DNA of 64,000 nucleotides from contig NC_087251.1 of assembly GCF_037042905.1 (NCBI RefSeq), forward strand, positions 33,544,001 through 33,608,000, read 5' to 3'. The notes beneath the pieces are model-generated. The model did no database searches. It was given only the letters and a program-made list of their open reading frames with translations, and had not been told where the DNA came from. Both the position numbers and the translations under genes were made by a program. Position 1 is the stretch's first letter. The number at the start of each line of letters is the position of its first letter. This document shows, one piece after another, positions 38,436-53,000 of this stretch. This stretch comes from Lytechinus pictus. Lineage: Eukaryota.

Positions 38436-41400
38436 TCATCATCCTACTCTTCCATCACATCTTCATCTTTTCCTTCCTTCGCCTCTACTCCTATCTATCT
38501 CTCTCCATCTCCATCTCTCTCTCTCTCTCAACCCTCTCTCACCTCATTGCTAAGTCACAGCTAATTAGTGAGAATAAGAGTGGTGTGATCAACGTCTTGA
38601 CATGAGTAATTGAAGGCAGTCGGGCAGTCAAGCCTGGTAGACAACAAAGACATATAAGCCATCCCCCAAGCACTCCAAGGGAAGCAAATCGTTCTTGTAA
38701 TACCCGTAAAGTCATCAGAGACATCAACTAGAAAAAGGTTGCAAGACTTATCAAGTACTAAGGTACAAAATGCAGAGCACTTGCTTCAATTTCTGATATA
38801 TTTGATGTTTCCATAAAATACAAAAACTATACCAAGCTTCTTTCATGAAACAAGAAGTATTACAAAAAGAAATAACCTCAAATATTGAAAGAATGTGAGC
38901 AAGAAAAAAATCTAAGAATAGATTAATAATCTATCAGCAATAGAGATGTCAATTAATAAAACTACCATCTCAATTTCTACATCGCAACTTAAAAACTGAT
39001 ATATGCTAACCACAATTATCCTTTCAATCCCTTCAATCACTAAATTTTAACTTTCTTTCATGCTGCCCTCTTGTGACCTAACCTAGAAAACTCTATTCTT
39101 ACTCGCTCATTGAGATGTGTACGACCCTGACAGGAAAGCGCATGCAGCGTGCCCCATTACAACGCTTTGTGATCCTCTGCATGCATACTGGCAAGACACA
39201 AGCCCTCTCCCTAGGACTATTACGACTCAGGCAGTAAGAAGGTGTCAACTTAGCTCAGTTCATCAATTGGTTAAATTGTAAAGATGCAGGCATTAAATGG
39301 CACTTTGTTCGACGTGTGAACTCCACAACTCCCGTTTTCATTCAGCTTGACAATGTAAAGGGTCTGGATTTTTGCATGTATGACAGTAAATTAATACAAT
39401 GACCAAACTGAAAATAATGGCTCATAAAAATTTCATGTGCTTTCAGAATATACCTCGAAGAATCATTGCAGTACACGTTACAGACATATTCGTCTATCAA
39501 ATCATCAGAATCATCTGATCATATCCCTAATTGACATGATATTCACAAACCTGCTAGTATCTTGAAATGAAAATTCCATTCAGTATGTAGCAGTAATCGA
39601 AAAGTATTTTTTTTAAATAATAATAAATGTTAATTCTGTAAAATATCTAATTTTCTCACAAAATACAAAAATATAAAGCAGAATTTAACTAAACTTACAA
39701 GAAAATTTTATGTAAGAAATATACAGTGAGCTGTTTTACATAAAAGAAAAAATAACTATATTATTTTGATTACGTTCAACAGAAAGTAAATGACTTCAAG
39801 AAATACATTTTGTAGCTTACATGAAATCCTTACTAAGTTACCTGAATAACTAAACATAGCAAACATACCCAATTCTTAAAAGGTCTGTGTAAAGATAGAA
39901 AAGGGATTGATTTTTTTGTCTTTCGAATACAGCACTCAACAGAATTATAAACAGTAGAGGAAAACAAAACACATGCTGTACAAAACAAGCTCGAGAAAAT
40001 TGATCTAAAATGAGATGGAAATCAAAGTCAACAACAGAACATGAAATTGTGTTTTCTTAGTGGGATAATAGCAGTGTTTAGCAGCAATGTTTGGCGGTAA
40101 GAGGAGCAATGCCTTAGATGTTGGTAGGATATGTCACCTCTATGACTGGATTGAGCCAGGAAGAGAACCCTATAGACAAAGGCCAGGAAGGGCCACAAAG
40201 CGCGGGGCAGCTGTCTCCTGTAACCCGATGCGCCGAACGGTCATACTTAACACCGACCCTCCTTACGCCGCGGCCAAAAGGGCGTCATTTTAATTCACAG
40301 CCATGCCTCCCTCCAGAAAGAAGTAGGAAGAGGGAAGACAAGAAGGGAGAAAGAGAGAGGAGGAGAGAGAAGGGGAAGAGAAGGTTTGAATTTGCCCATG
40401 TGTCCTAAAGACGAGAAGGTGAATTTGGAAATGTTACTTCGATCGAAATATCGACTTATTTGTCGGCTTTTTGTACGGGGTCAAAAGGGCATGTGCTCCA
40501 CTCACATTCTCATATTTTCCCTTTTCTTTCTGTTTCTCCATGTAGCTATTTCCTCATTTTTTTTTAAATAATCCCTATTTGCCTGCCTTTATTTCTCTAT
40601 CTGTATGTCTGTCTCTCTGTATCTTTATTTCCTTTCAAAATTGTATTCATTGTCTGTCTATTCTACTTCAAGTTCAATCAGTCAGATAAAATGCAAGTGG
40701 GTATCACTATGTGAAGTCTTGAGCTAACGACTTTGACTGACTAGCTTTTACAAACCATCCTTGCTATTTCATAACTCACACATAGGCCATTCATCTGTAT
40801 AAAGCTTGATGCATCATTTTCTGCTCAAATTATTCATGTAACTCATTCACATTTCATGATTACAATTAAGTGTCATTTTTATGAAGAAGAATTACATGCA
40901 CCTATTTCCAAACAACTTGATTTTACCGTCTGCTTCACAAATCTAAATCAGGTCACCACCTAAGAATCAGAAATATCAACCAAAAAAAAATCTTCATAAA
41001 AAAACCAAACTACATGATGTCATGAAAACTTGTATGAATTTTCACTGAGTACTAAAATACACTGATAAAAAAAAATTTGTTAGTCCTTCACGCTGATAAA
41101 GCATTCGTTAAAAAATACATTCCTGTACTTAGGTACAAGAGACGCAATAAGCAAGATAACCTAGTATAGAGAATAATTACTATTGTACACATCAGTATAA
41201 GAAATCAAACTATTTGATAAAACGTCAGTCAGAGAAAGGACACAAAATTGACAAATAGGAGTGTCTGGGCCTTGAAATTATATTATTATTATGACTACGT
41301 AGCAACAGAAATGTGAGGAATCATTATCATCTTTGAATCTTTATTCCCCTAAAAGGTAGCATAAGGGGGAAGTAGATGCAAAAAATGATTGATGTTAATT

Positions 41401-42090
41401 AAATAATGTCCTTTCTTCAAGATGTCCAACCATCCACCTCACTCAAGCAAACAAAAAAGATACACGTTACTCTCATTATAACTGCCCAAGCTGCTTACAT
41501 GCTATCATGATTTTTTTTTATTCCAGTCATTATCCGCTCATTACACGACTTGTCTGCTGCGGACGGACGATTTCAGCGTTCGACTCGAGGTCAACAAACG
41601 CTGCGGTCAAGCCTGGATGATGGTCAATTGATGCTGCAGACAGGCTTGTGGTCAGTGTTGTCTTGGAAGTGAGTGAGTGTGACCTATATTCTTCTAGCAG
41701 ACAACGCAGTGTGAACAATGAGTAGGTGACCTACCGCTTCTGCCGGGTTTTCTTTCATAGTGTGATATCCTTCACCATATGGAAAAGGGTTCTGAATTGG
41801 GATGGGACAATTTACTAGAATATAACACTCCAGTTTCACGCCATCAACCACATGCCTACGCATAATATACTGTGCAGGGAAACACTCGTTTATTATCCGT
41901 TTCCTTGATTTTTTTTCTACAATTAATAGATAATTTAGATTTGAGATTCAAGGGTCTTTTGTAGAAAAGAAATAATATACATTATATTTGAGGGTCATTA
42001 TGACTGTGAAGAAAATCAATACCATAATCAGTCAATACTTTAACATCTACTACAGATAACATCCTCCATTCAAGTTACAAAACAGAGCTG

Positions 42091-42278
42091 ATGGGTGTTT
42101 CATAAAGCTGTTCGTAAGTTAAGATTGACTTTAAGAACGACTGGTGAACCTGTCTTATGGGTTCAATAATCACCAATGAACATTTAATGGTGAATATCAT
42201 TTACCACAAGAAAGGATCATCAGTCATTCTTAAAGTCACTCTTATCTTAACTTACAAACAGCTTTATGAAACAGCCCC
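42091..42278. mobile_element. Palindromic Harbinger-like MITE with long TIRs
   Basis: TGTTTCATAAAGCTGTTCGTAAGTTAAGA / TCTTAACTTACAAACAGCTTTATGAAACA, flanked by CTG and CAG. Confidence 0.8.
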
Positions 42279-43145
42279 CAGAAACAGAAGGTAATAAGAT
42301 ACCAACAATTCTATTAACAACATCAGATTTAGGCAGAAGGTAGTTGAAAACAAATTCTAAGGTTCCTAAGGCCTAATGTCATGGACCAAAAATTTAAACT
42401 TTCGCGATAGGATACAATGATCCACCCGCAAGAAAACCATGTCCATGGCAAAACCACAGGATGGTTCAGACTTCAGAGATACTCCACAACTGACCTATCA
42501 TCATTGGAGGGATGACCCAGACATTACACTGGGAAGCAGAACAGAGACCTCTCTGTTAAATGTGTCAAAGTCATTCTGTCAATCAGTACATGTATTAGTC
42601 CGGGAGGTTTGACAAGGGTTTAGACTGCTTACAATATACAGCATGCATCGAATGCCCGCATGGAGTCGGTGCCTGGGCAGAGTTTGTTTGGGGCTATGAG
42701 ATGCGATCAATCCTATCAATCTCAATCTCAACTATGGAAAGCTAATGGTGTCGAAGTTGTGGTTTTTTTTTTCGGTTTTTTTGTTTGCTTTGTGTGTGTG
42801 TTTAGGAGGCATATACACTGCCCCTTCGCAAGAGCAAGGAGTAGGGCTTACACTGAATGGTTAAGAACAGTGATGCATACGTGATTGTTTTCCATTTTAC
42901 AGTACACTGTGAACAAACGTATGCAGTCGAAATGTTATTAATAGCATTCCATAGTTAAGGTTGATCAAATTGATTACAACTATTTATGAGACATGACCCT
43001 TTTGTCTCTGAATGAAAATGTTTAAAGATGCTATTACTAATGTGACATCCTTGTAATACTTTGTCAAAACAGTATATCGACTTCAATGTTACTTAAATTT
43101 TTCATTGTGATAAGTTCAAGCTCAAGATCATAATTCTAACACTTG

Positions 43146-43278
43146 GGGCCTGTATACAGAAAGCTTAGCAATTATTGTAGGACACTTTTTTTTCCGATTG
43201 ATTGCATTGACTAACTTGTACAATCAATCGTGAAAATCAGGCATAAATTAATGGCTAACCTTTGTGTTACAGGATCCA
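43146..43278. mobile_element. Degenerate palindromic MITE related to 38305-38435
   Basis: GGGCCTGTATACAGAAAGCTTAGC ... GCTAACCTTTGTGTTACAGG, with a CGATTGATTG/CAATCAATCG core. Confidence 0.55.
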
Positions 43279-45656
43279 CAAGATGCAGTCATTCATTAAT
43301 AACTAACAGTATGAAAGAAATCACAAGGTAAATGATATTGTCACAAAGTATAAAAAAAACTTGACTACTAAATCATTAAACAATATATGAGAATAGGGAG
43401 AGGAAAATGTTGCACAAAATAACACTGTCAGATAGTGTAAGGACAAAATCAATCAAGGAATGAGCCACATTCTAACAATGTTACAAAATCAATAACTTCA
43501 AAAGCAAGAACAGGAAAAGAGAAGGCTATTCAGATTAATAAGAGAGAAGAAAAAAAATGTCTTAATCAGACGATGAAAAATCTCAGCTAACATAATGCAA
43601 GCAGGAAAAATAACATCTGGAAAAGGCATTGTGTATGAAAGACAAGGAAGAAAGGAAGGGGGAAAAAGGAGAAAAATCACTTCATGTCTGCATCAACATT
43701 TTCAAGCATAGTCACCGTACAACCGCAGTGTATCGGGCTATCCGGCTGATTTATTGAATCTGACAATGGTATCCAGCAATTGCAGGTGAAATATTCATAA
43801 AGACTGTTTATGAACGACTGCAAGGTTATTCCCGTTTTTAGGCACAAAGCAACGGATCGAAATCATTTTCTCATAAACACCATAATCGCTTTTTGTGCTG
43901 GATTTTTATTCAGGGTATTTTCATTTTTATTTTGCATCTGAATTTCATTTCCACCAACTGGTTACACCATTGAATTTGTGGTTATGCTTTACAAAACTGG
44001 AAAAATGGCGAAAATGATCTGAATAGCAGAGAGTAGGAAAAAAGGGAGACATAGAAAGAAAAAGTGAGAGAAAAAAGGAAGCAAGAATGAACAGTTAATA
44101 AAAAGTGAACAGGCAAATGGACGAAAATGTTTCACAGAAATATAACAAAAGGATAATCCTTAAAAGAATGATCGAAAGTAAATGGGAAATAACTATGTCC
44201 AAATGATAATTGTTGAAATACATAACACATAAATTTACGAACTTGTCTTGATGGTGATAAGGTCAAGCAAGCTTCTTGAGTAAAGCAATTCGAAAACAGC
44301 AATAAAAAGGTTACAAAAAATTTGGCAACAAAAATTCAAGTGAAATATTTCAAAGTAGGTAGGAGGGATATAAGACTTACTCAGCTATAAAATGATGAAA
44401 AGGAAGTGAAAGGAAGTTAGACAGATCTACAAAGTTCAAACCAGAGCATGGACTCGGGCAGGGAGGAAAAAATATGGAAACGCGTCCTAGATCAGCTGAA
44501 TGAAATCTTTTTATTTGAGTGTAAAAAGTTTGTCTAAGAGATTATAGTGCATGTAGAAGTCAATGATCTATCTGGGACATGGATGTCTTCAGTGAGATAG
44601 GATGCTCCAAAAGAAATAATTTGTCCTACTTGGACTCGGAGCGCTGAATGACCGATCAATAGTTTCAAAACCAAAGCTCACAGGAAGCTTGGTTTGTTGG
44701 ACATTTTGATTTGACCTATAAGATAATGTGGTGCAATCAGTGATGACTCAACAAGCATTTCCACGAGCATTTACATCCATTTTGACATTGGTACTTTTGA
44801 AGATTGGACAACGTTGTATGTGGTTTACACAGAAAGTGAATGGATGATGAAGATATGGCTCTGACGGCTGAAAATCATACCACTATCTGAATGAATTGAA
44901 TTATTATCATGCAGATTCAACATAACCAAAGTCAAAATAATATTTATTGTGACTTTTTGGACCAACACCATAACAAAATTAGAGGTCAAAACAACAACAA
45001 TTAGACTATAATTCTCCTCCAATATTGGAGAATGATTAATTCATAATTCACGCAAGATTTAAAGAGGCCACTTGAAATTCCTGTTTACTGTGATAATGAT
45101 TTTGCTAACTCATGGTGTGATTCAAGCGCTTCTCAAAGCACAAAGCACATTAGGTCACATTTATATCAACTTATCCACTTCATCGGTGTCATTTTCGCAC
45201 TATATGAGCTGATTAACCATAATGACGCATACTTAAAAGTAGATTCCGGGACATGACTTATTCAGCAGGGTCTCCTTTTGGGGTGACTATTCGATAGAGA
45301 AGAAAGCAGACGGAGAAGGATGGACAGTGTTTATTACAAGGTTGTAAGGGTTATAGGTGGAGGAAGGAAAGGAGGGAACGAGCAGGCTCCAGCATCATGC
45401 AATGGGACTAAGTTCAAGGACCTTCCAACACAAAGTTTACAAAGTTAACTGGATTAATAGGCTGAATTGAAAGTTAGAGTCAACACCCTCACAAAAAAAA
45501 CCCAAATTGAACAAATCAAAATGAAATTTTAATAAAACCAAGCAAATTTTTTCAAAGAACCATTAATTTAGTCTCTTGACTACAACGCTGAATGGAAATA
45601 TTAAATCTTATAGAAAGAGAGAAAAACAAAAGAGTGAAACATAGGCTCCCTCCCCA

Positions 45657-45775
45657 TGATGGTGGATATATTGGTGATGGTGGTGGTGGTGGCGACAGCA
45701 ATGATAATGATGGTAATGATGATGGTGATGATGATGATGGTGGTGGTAGCACTATTGCAAGTAGTGATGGTGGTT
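45657..45775. repeat. (GAT/GGT)n trinucleotide microsatellite
   Basis: Direct reading. Confidence 0.9.
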
Positions 45776-46779
45776 GAGAAAGCAGTAGTTAAGATGAAAA
45801 GTGGTAGTAATGGTGATAGTGATGATATTTATAATGGTGCTCATCGTGGTGAATAATTAATGATCAAATTAAGACAACTATAATTACATCAATGAGAACT
45901 GGATATGCAAGGGATTCCCAACATATTTCATGTATTGAAATTAGTTTCTTTTCTTTTTTATACAAACCTCTCATCTTTCTTCCTTCATTTAATCCATTCA
46001 AAATCGATGATGCTGAACTATATGTGTCACAACTTGAATTACCTTCTATGAAAATGTTTTGAATACTTGTACTCTCCAGTTTCCTCTACAGTAAAACTGG
46101 AAGGGTTAATTGCAGGCATTAAGAATATAATGATCTTTATGACATGCTTATCTTGCTTTATATTGGAGGATACATATTCATTGCTCTCCAATCACACAGA
46201 AAAAATTACTAAGAATGATAAACCCACTACAACACTATTTCCCTTGACCCAAACAATTAATAACAACATTACAACCCAATGAAATCACTTCTAAGGCATT
46301 GAAAAAGTCATTATAAGGTATTTCTGCAGAAACCACAAACAAAGCACACCTCTTTCCATAATACATGTGGTTTAGTTCCCCTCTAAGTATTTTTGAAGCA
46401 TTAAATGCAAACTCTCAGCAACTGTAGATTATCTTTTAATAATTTGACCTATCAATTTAAATGAAAATGCCATAAGTCAAATGATGCATAGAGAATTGTC
46501 ATATGGTTTGGCAGTTGGTGAATAAAATCAAGGAGCTTTCAATGATAAAGAAGTAAAATTTCAACAACAATATCTGTAGCAAGGAAGAAATTTGTTTTTT
46601 CCATTGAATAGAAGTCAATTCAATTGTAGATTCATAAGCTCATTTAACTTAGTCTGTATTCTATTTTTTCCCTATTGTATAATTAAAAAAAAAACGACTT
46701 TTAGGTCAATATTCAACTTTTGAATGAGAATCATTGTAAAATTGTATCTGATTACTTCATTATTTTGTGTGTGCATGTG

Positions 46780-46993
46780 CACAGTAAAAATGAGGTTTAA
46801 AATTTTCATATAATGCTGTTTACTTGTATGAACCGTAGTTGTTTAAACAGTTCTAAAGTCTTTAGAATCTTATTTTTTAATATTCAATTTTTAATAAACA
46901 AAGCATGGTTGTTCTAACTGTTAAACAACTATGGTAAGGTTCATGTAGTAAACAGCATTTTTGCATGAAATTTTAAACAGCATTTTTACTGTT
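46780..46993. mobile_element. Foldback MITE with CACAGTAAAAA termini
   Basis: ACAGTAAAAATG / CATTTTTACTGT ends, with arms ATGCTGTTTAC / GTAAACAGCAT and TAGTTGTTTAA / TTAAACAACTA. Confidence 0.75.
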
Positions 46994-47322
46994 ATGTATA
47001 GAATATAAGATTAAGAAACAAATTTTCACTTTCAAAATATTTATGAATCCATACTACCCAGCATAGCTCATCCTAATATGGAAGTATGAATTAGTACTTC
47101 CCCCAACCCCCACCCCCCTCAAAAAAAAAGAAAAAAAAGAAAGAAAGAAATATAAATGAATACATAAATGAATTTGTATAAATGAAATAATAGATAAATA
47201 AATTATTAAAAAAAAAAAAATCGAAATGAAAGCAGTAGGAAATGGGATTTGAAAATACATTCAATGTTCTGGATTTCAAAGTAAAGATAAATGGCGTCTG
47301 AAATAATAACAATAAGGGCTTT

Positions 47323-47549
47323 TGCACAGATTCTGAAATAGAAAACAATTCCTGGCTGTGAACTGTGACCAACCGGATATTCAATTCATAATTAAACCTT
47401 TTGGATTTAAATATAAAGCTCAAAGATTTGAATTTAAGTATTTTGAGATTTAAAATTTAATCCTTAAGACTAAAAATAAATCCAATATTTGGCCGGTCAC
47501 GAATCACAGCCTATCGGAATTTATATTAAAATCTTTTAAATTTAGAGCG
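47323..47549. mobile_element. Degenerate foldback MITE related to 62614-62850
   Basis: Arms GGCTGTGAACTGTGACC / GGTCACGAATCACAGCC around a GATTTAAA-rich interior. Confidence 0.55.
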
Positions 47550-49826
47550 GAGGCCAACATTCTACCTGAGCACGACTGAGCCCAAGTGAATGAGTCATCA
47601 TAAATCTCTGGTCACCAAGAAGTATCAATTTCACAATCAGCCCCCTCCAAGGAAGAGATGGAAAGGAAGGAGGGGTGTTCAAACGTAATTATACAGTTTC
47701 CCCCTCCTTATTCCCATATACCCCCCTCCCTATCAGTCCCACTTGGATTGATCCGGTGTAGGTCGATGCCTTGCAGATATTGTGTGTTATGGATACTTGA
47801 AAAGCTGAATACAACAAATCACTGAACGACTTGGACCATGAATTCATAGCTTTATTCTAGCACTTACTTTAACCATAATACAGTTGTATCAAATAAGATT
47901 GAAATTTCAACTCTGAAATTGCACTAATTTCTTCAAGTATGGAGTATATTTGTGTTGCAACTTGCCCAATAGGTTGAAAACTTCAATATAACTTCAGGAT
48001 ATACAGTACAAGGAGCTCCTTTAATATTTTTCCTATAACATATGGAATAAAAAAAGGACTAATGTAAAATAGAACCTGAGGGTGCTTGCAGGCTGATGTT
48101 CCTTGTTCATAATGTTCTCGACATGGCAAGATCATATTAACAACAGGCAATTCACATAGGAGTGGGGGATTTGATTACTAAAAACAATGAGTAATCTGCA
48201 TATCATGGCTGATGATAGGGAATATAATACATCACTAACATTGAAGCATTCACTTATCACAAAAACTGGGTTATGATCACCATGAAGCAGCGTCCAAACT
48301 TCCTTATCTTGCCAGACAAGTCGCGCTTCTTACGGCACCGCAAAGCCAGGAGAAACAACCGCAACACAGGAGACTGCGATAGGTAATGGGCAACATCCAC
48401 GCCAAGCAACAGATCAACAGATCGCGACCATCGGGTCCCAAGAAGCGTTCAAACAGTTTTTTCCTGCTATCAAGCAGACCGTGGCATCCATCATTGGTAA
48501 TAGGGAAACAGCTTGATATGATTTTGAGGGGAAAAGGGGAAAGACAAGGGAGGGTAGGAAAACCGGGAAAAGTTCCACAGGCGAGACATCTGGCTTGATG
48601 AATAGAGGGGGTTTCACCTGAATAAGGGGTCGTTGACCTACATCAAACCGAACCCTGGACAATCCTCCGTTATCCTACATCACACGTAGGCCTAGCTGCT
48701 GCAGAGATATTCATCTACACAATCTACATGACTCTGAATCATGACAAAATCATTTCATGGAGAAACCCTCCAATCTGAATGCTTTGCTGATCAATTTTAA
48801 TATCACCATTCCGCTATTATACAGCGGAACAACGTCTTTACGCATGTTACAGGTAATCACATTTCCATTACCAATGAATAAGTTGTAATTTGAATATTTC
48901 CTTGATTTGCCATTTTATGCACTTCATTTTTCTTCTTGACCACATGCAAGTAATTTTCTGATTAGATTTAATAAGAGATACCAAGTGAATGTACTCAGAA
49001 ACAAAATCACTTTGCATCCTTTTCTTAATATGCCCCCCCCCCCCCCCAATCTACACACACTCCCTCTTCCTCTGTCACTTCTTTCTTTTTTCCCCTTTTT
49101 CTATCCATCTTCGTCTCTACCTCCCTCCTTCCTTCTCTCGATCCCTCTCTCCATGACTTCCCCAAGACCTTTTTTTTGTTATTTCCAAAGGATTTCATAT
49201 GGAGAGAAGAGCGTAATGGGCCCCCATCCATCTCCCTCAAGTATCCAACTATCTATCCTGTTGACACATCCAATCCTCATAAACTCATCATCTACACTGA
49301 TTGAATTCTCTGCCTAGATCAATGAACTTGAAAATGAAAAACACAGATTCCCAGCAGCCAGTCTGCTAACAAGCTAGGGGTAAACACAGCAAAACTTTTT
49401 TTATTAGAGGAAGAAGGCAGTCACTAAATTAGCATGATGTGAAACAAATTTGTTTTTCAATTTCACCACAGAAATTTCCCTTAAATTCGCTATAATGCTA
49501 CTCGTAAAACTTCTGATCATTCCCCTATCGTTTCAGTATCAACATAAACATTAATGTCACATCTGATGGGCATATAATGGATGCGACTGAGAGTAGAATG
49601 GTTCTGAAGTTCAGGAGTTCAGGTGCTTGAGAAATGCTTCTCAGAAGAGCAGTTCTACTTTGAATCTTCACTTTAAAGCACATGAATACATCAAACTTAA
49701 ATTTATGCAATAGTTATATCTGCAACTGCAGGAAGGACAAAGCTTAGCAACTGATTGTGGGGCTGGTTTTTATAATTAGTGTAGAAATCAGCACTATGAT
49801 CAATAAGCTTTATGTTATGGGTCCAG

Positions 49827-50039
49827 GGGAGTGTTCCATAAAGATTGAAGTATGACATAGAGTCAAACTTAAATGCCTAGTTGTGAGCATTATGAAAGGC
49901 TTGACCACATTGGACAGATCATGCTAGGAGGACGTGCATTGCTGCGTATTGATCAATAAGATTGCACGTTGCATATCATGTACTCATCGGTATTTAAGTG
50001 CGACTCGAGTCATACTTAAATCTTTGTGAAACACCCCCT
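49827..50039. mobile_element. Harbinger-like MITE
   Basis: CAG|GGGAGTGTTCCATAAAGATTGAAGTATGAC ... GTCATACTTAAATCTTTGTGAAACACCCCC. Confidence 0.7.
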
Positions 50040-53000
50040 CATTTGGTATTTCATTTCATTTTATTTCATTTTATACTGAAAGGCCTTAGGAGGGAGTTAG
50101 TATGCAATTTAATGTCTTAGACATTCTACTAATTACAACCAATAATATCCTTCCAGGAAAATTAACACAGTAGTTTGTGGGTGAGAGACATTCAGTCAAT
50201 TAATTACTCGGGGAATTTGTGATCATTTCAAGCCCAGGATTTTGAAAGGTTTATACTGGGTGATCTGAGGGTTGGTTGAAGGCAAGAGATCAAGCTGGGC
50301 TTAAAGCTAATCATGGGATGGGATTACCCCGTCATATCCAATAGGTGAGGTGATTCATTCCCTTCCTTTTGAGCTTCGTGAAGAAGGTTAAGGACAAAGT
50401 CCTGTGGCATCTTCCTTTCATTAAACCACCCTTAAAGCCCAGAGAACAATGGTAGGAACATTAATTGATTTGTGAGATGAAAGATAATTAGAAATTTGCA
50501 TGTTCACACTAATGACATTGATAAACAGTTCAATTATCAGGCAAGAATCTCCATACATTGCAATGGAAATGTCATTACCCAGTCTTGCACGAGGTTGGGT
50601 ATGCACGCTTTATTATTCTTGAAAAACTGAAAATGGTAATATACACATGATACGCATCATCTCGGGCATTGGAATAACAGCACAATATACCTTGAAAACG
50701 TTTCAAACGCATCTTCAGTATTTGCAGTTTCAAAGGTAACAATTGTGTGTAATTATTCTAATGCCTGAGAAAAATTATGCGTATTCTGTTTCATGATATA
50801 GTGTGTGGATCCTTGTTATTTGATAAATCATTCTCATCTCAAACCATGACCGGTCAATAGAACTTTAGTCTTTACTAGACCAGTCTTTAGAAAATTTGCC
50901 TGTTAGCTAAAATAAATGACTGGTCACATGTTGGTTTTCAGCCAGCCATTAGACAAGATCCATATCACAAGTTTAAAACAGATGATATTGATTCAACGAT
51001 AATTTACATTTACTATTTCTACATCTACTGTAGATCGTAGAATGTTCCACAGGAAGTGACATCATAATGATATCAACATTCACAATCACATGATTCATAC
51101 CTGCAGATACCGTCTCCTGGCGAACGAGGCACATCATCTATGAAATATTTGAATCCTCTTAATGTTTCTCATTCATCCTTCTTACCCTAATCCTCTCCCC
51201 CCCCCCCTTCCCTCTCCCCCTCTCTCCCTCTCTTCTGCACTCCCATTCCATTCTACCTCTGTCAAAATACACAGATCTGAATAATGCACCCTTGATCATG
51301 GAGTGAAAGAAAACATCCAAACTTTGCAATCCAATTTACCAGGCTTTCATAAAAGAATCCAATAATAGTGATAACCATATTACATGCCTATCACGATGTA
51401 AGAAACTTCCCAGGGGGATTTCATATGATCCCATATCATTTTCTCCTTTTTGGAAGAATACAGTAAAAAAAATATTTTTTTTTTTTTTTTTTTTTACATA
51501 ACATGGTACTGCTACACTGAAAACATGGCTATGTGGAATGAAACTGTTTTACCCAATTACTGGTAATGAAATTTCATAACATGAATATAACTATAATGAA
51601 AAAGGAATGAGGCTGTGACATCACTGGCTCACTCAATTGCATGAATCTTCAATGAAACACATTCCACTATACCAAAGAGTCATAAAAACAAAGTAAAACA
51701 ATTTGTCTATTTTGATCAATTTTAACTTTTAAAGCTTGGTTAAAGCCTTTCGTATAATAAGGGTAAATAATTTGAATTATAATACAAAATCTTCTGCCAT
51801 AACCGTACTAAAACAATCTGAAGAGAGTAAAGCAGTGAAAAAAATCCTAATCAATTTTGATACATCCATGACCCCCTTCCAAGAAGATTCCATTGTGCAT
51901 GGGAGTAATAACAACACCGTATTCCATCCATCATGCCCATAGTGATTTCCGAAGTGTGAAATCTACTATACTAATCTAACTTGGGAGGGAATTCCCCCCA
52001 CATTCAAACTGGTAAGACATTGAACCTATAAAGACAAGATAGTAGGGTAGTCACCTTCCTCTTATCTTCAGCTTGTTCAGTGCTTAAATCCAATCAGGTG
52101 ATAACTGAACAAGCATCTTCAGCAATCTCTTCTCCTGCACTGAATGCTTGAAGAATAATTTGTCAAATATCACATGGGTGTCTGCACCTGTAAGAACATG
52201 TGACAATCGAGTCATTTTTTGCCAAAATTCTTTCCTGCAGTGATTACTGTAGAAATATTTTCATGATCTGTGACTGTTCTAGCATATTCATGTATTGTTA
52301 TGTTAAAATCACGATTAGGGATCGTTTTCATGTGCAGAAATGGACAAATACAGGAGTCGAAATCTTAGCAATGTTTTTTGGACCAAAAAAACAAGCAAAA
52401 TAAATCATTGTTAAAAATTCAAGCTTTTACTCTGCCATTGAAAACGTACAAGGTCGTCTATAGACAGTTCTTGAAAAGCAGTAAACAGAAAGTAAATCAT
52501 GGACAGAGTAAAGGGTATGAATATGACTGTGAAATGAAACATAAACAATGCTAATATTTCACTCTCAGGATACAGAGATTTCTGAGTTGATGACGTCACT
52601 TTCTTACTGTGATTTGCCAACAAATATCAATGTGACTACGATAACAAAAGTACAATAACCTAAACATTTCCCTGCATGTTTCGTGGAAACACAACCTTCT
52701 TTCTTAGTCAGCATAGATAGGTTGAAAGTGATATGTTGCAATGTGTTTAGAGTGAGAGAGACTCCAAATCAACGATTTCCTTTTCTTGGAAAACCATCAG
52801 GTTTACATCTACGTTATGACTTTCTAGTTTGTTTCAGTTTTGTAATAGGTAGTGTATTGTTACTTGATCTCTTCCTATTGGACCATGATGGATTGGAATA
52901 CAATAATAAGGGTTGTTCTGATTCAGTACTAGATAATATCCATTTTTAAAAAAATCATTGATTTATAAATAGAACCTTGGGGAAATTAAGATATAGGCCT

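Noticed and set aside
40087..41718. Protein-like stretches in ORFs 40118-40408 (+) and 41530-41718 (-)
   Set aside because: No convincing acceptor/donor pairs and no recognisable homology.
51101..51137. 37-nt minus-strand exon candidate ending CAG|GTATGA
   Set aside because: The upstream acceptor lacks a pyrimidine tract; indistinguishable from chance.
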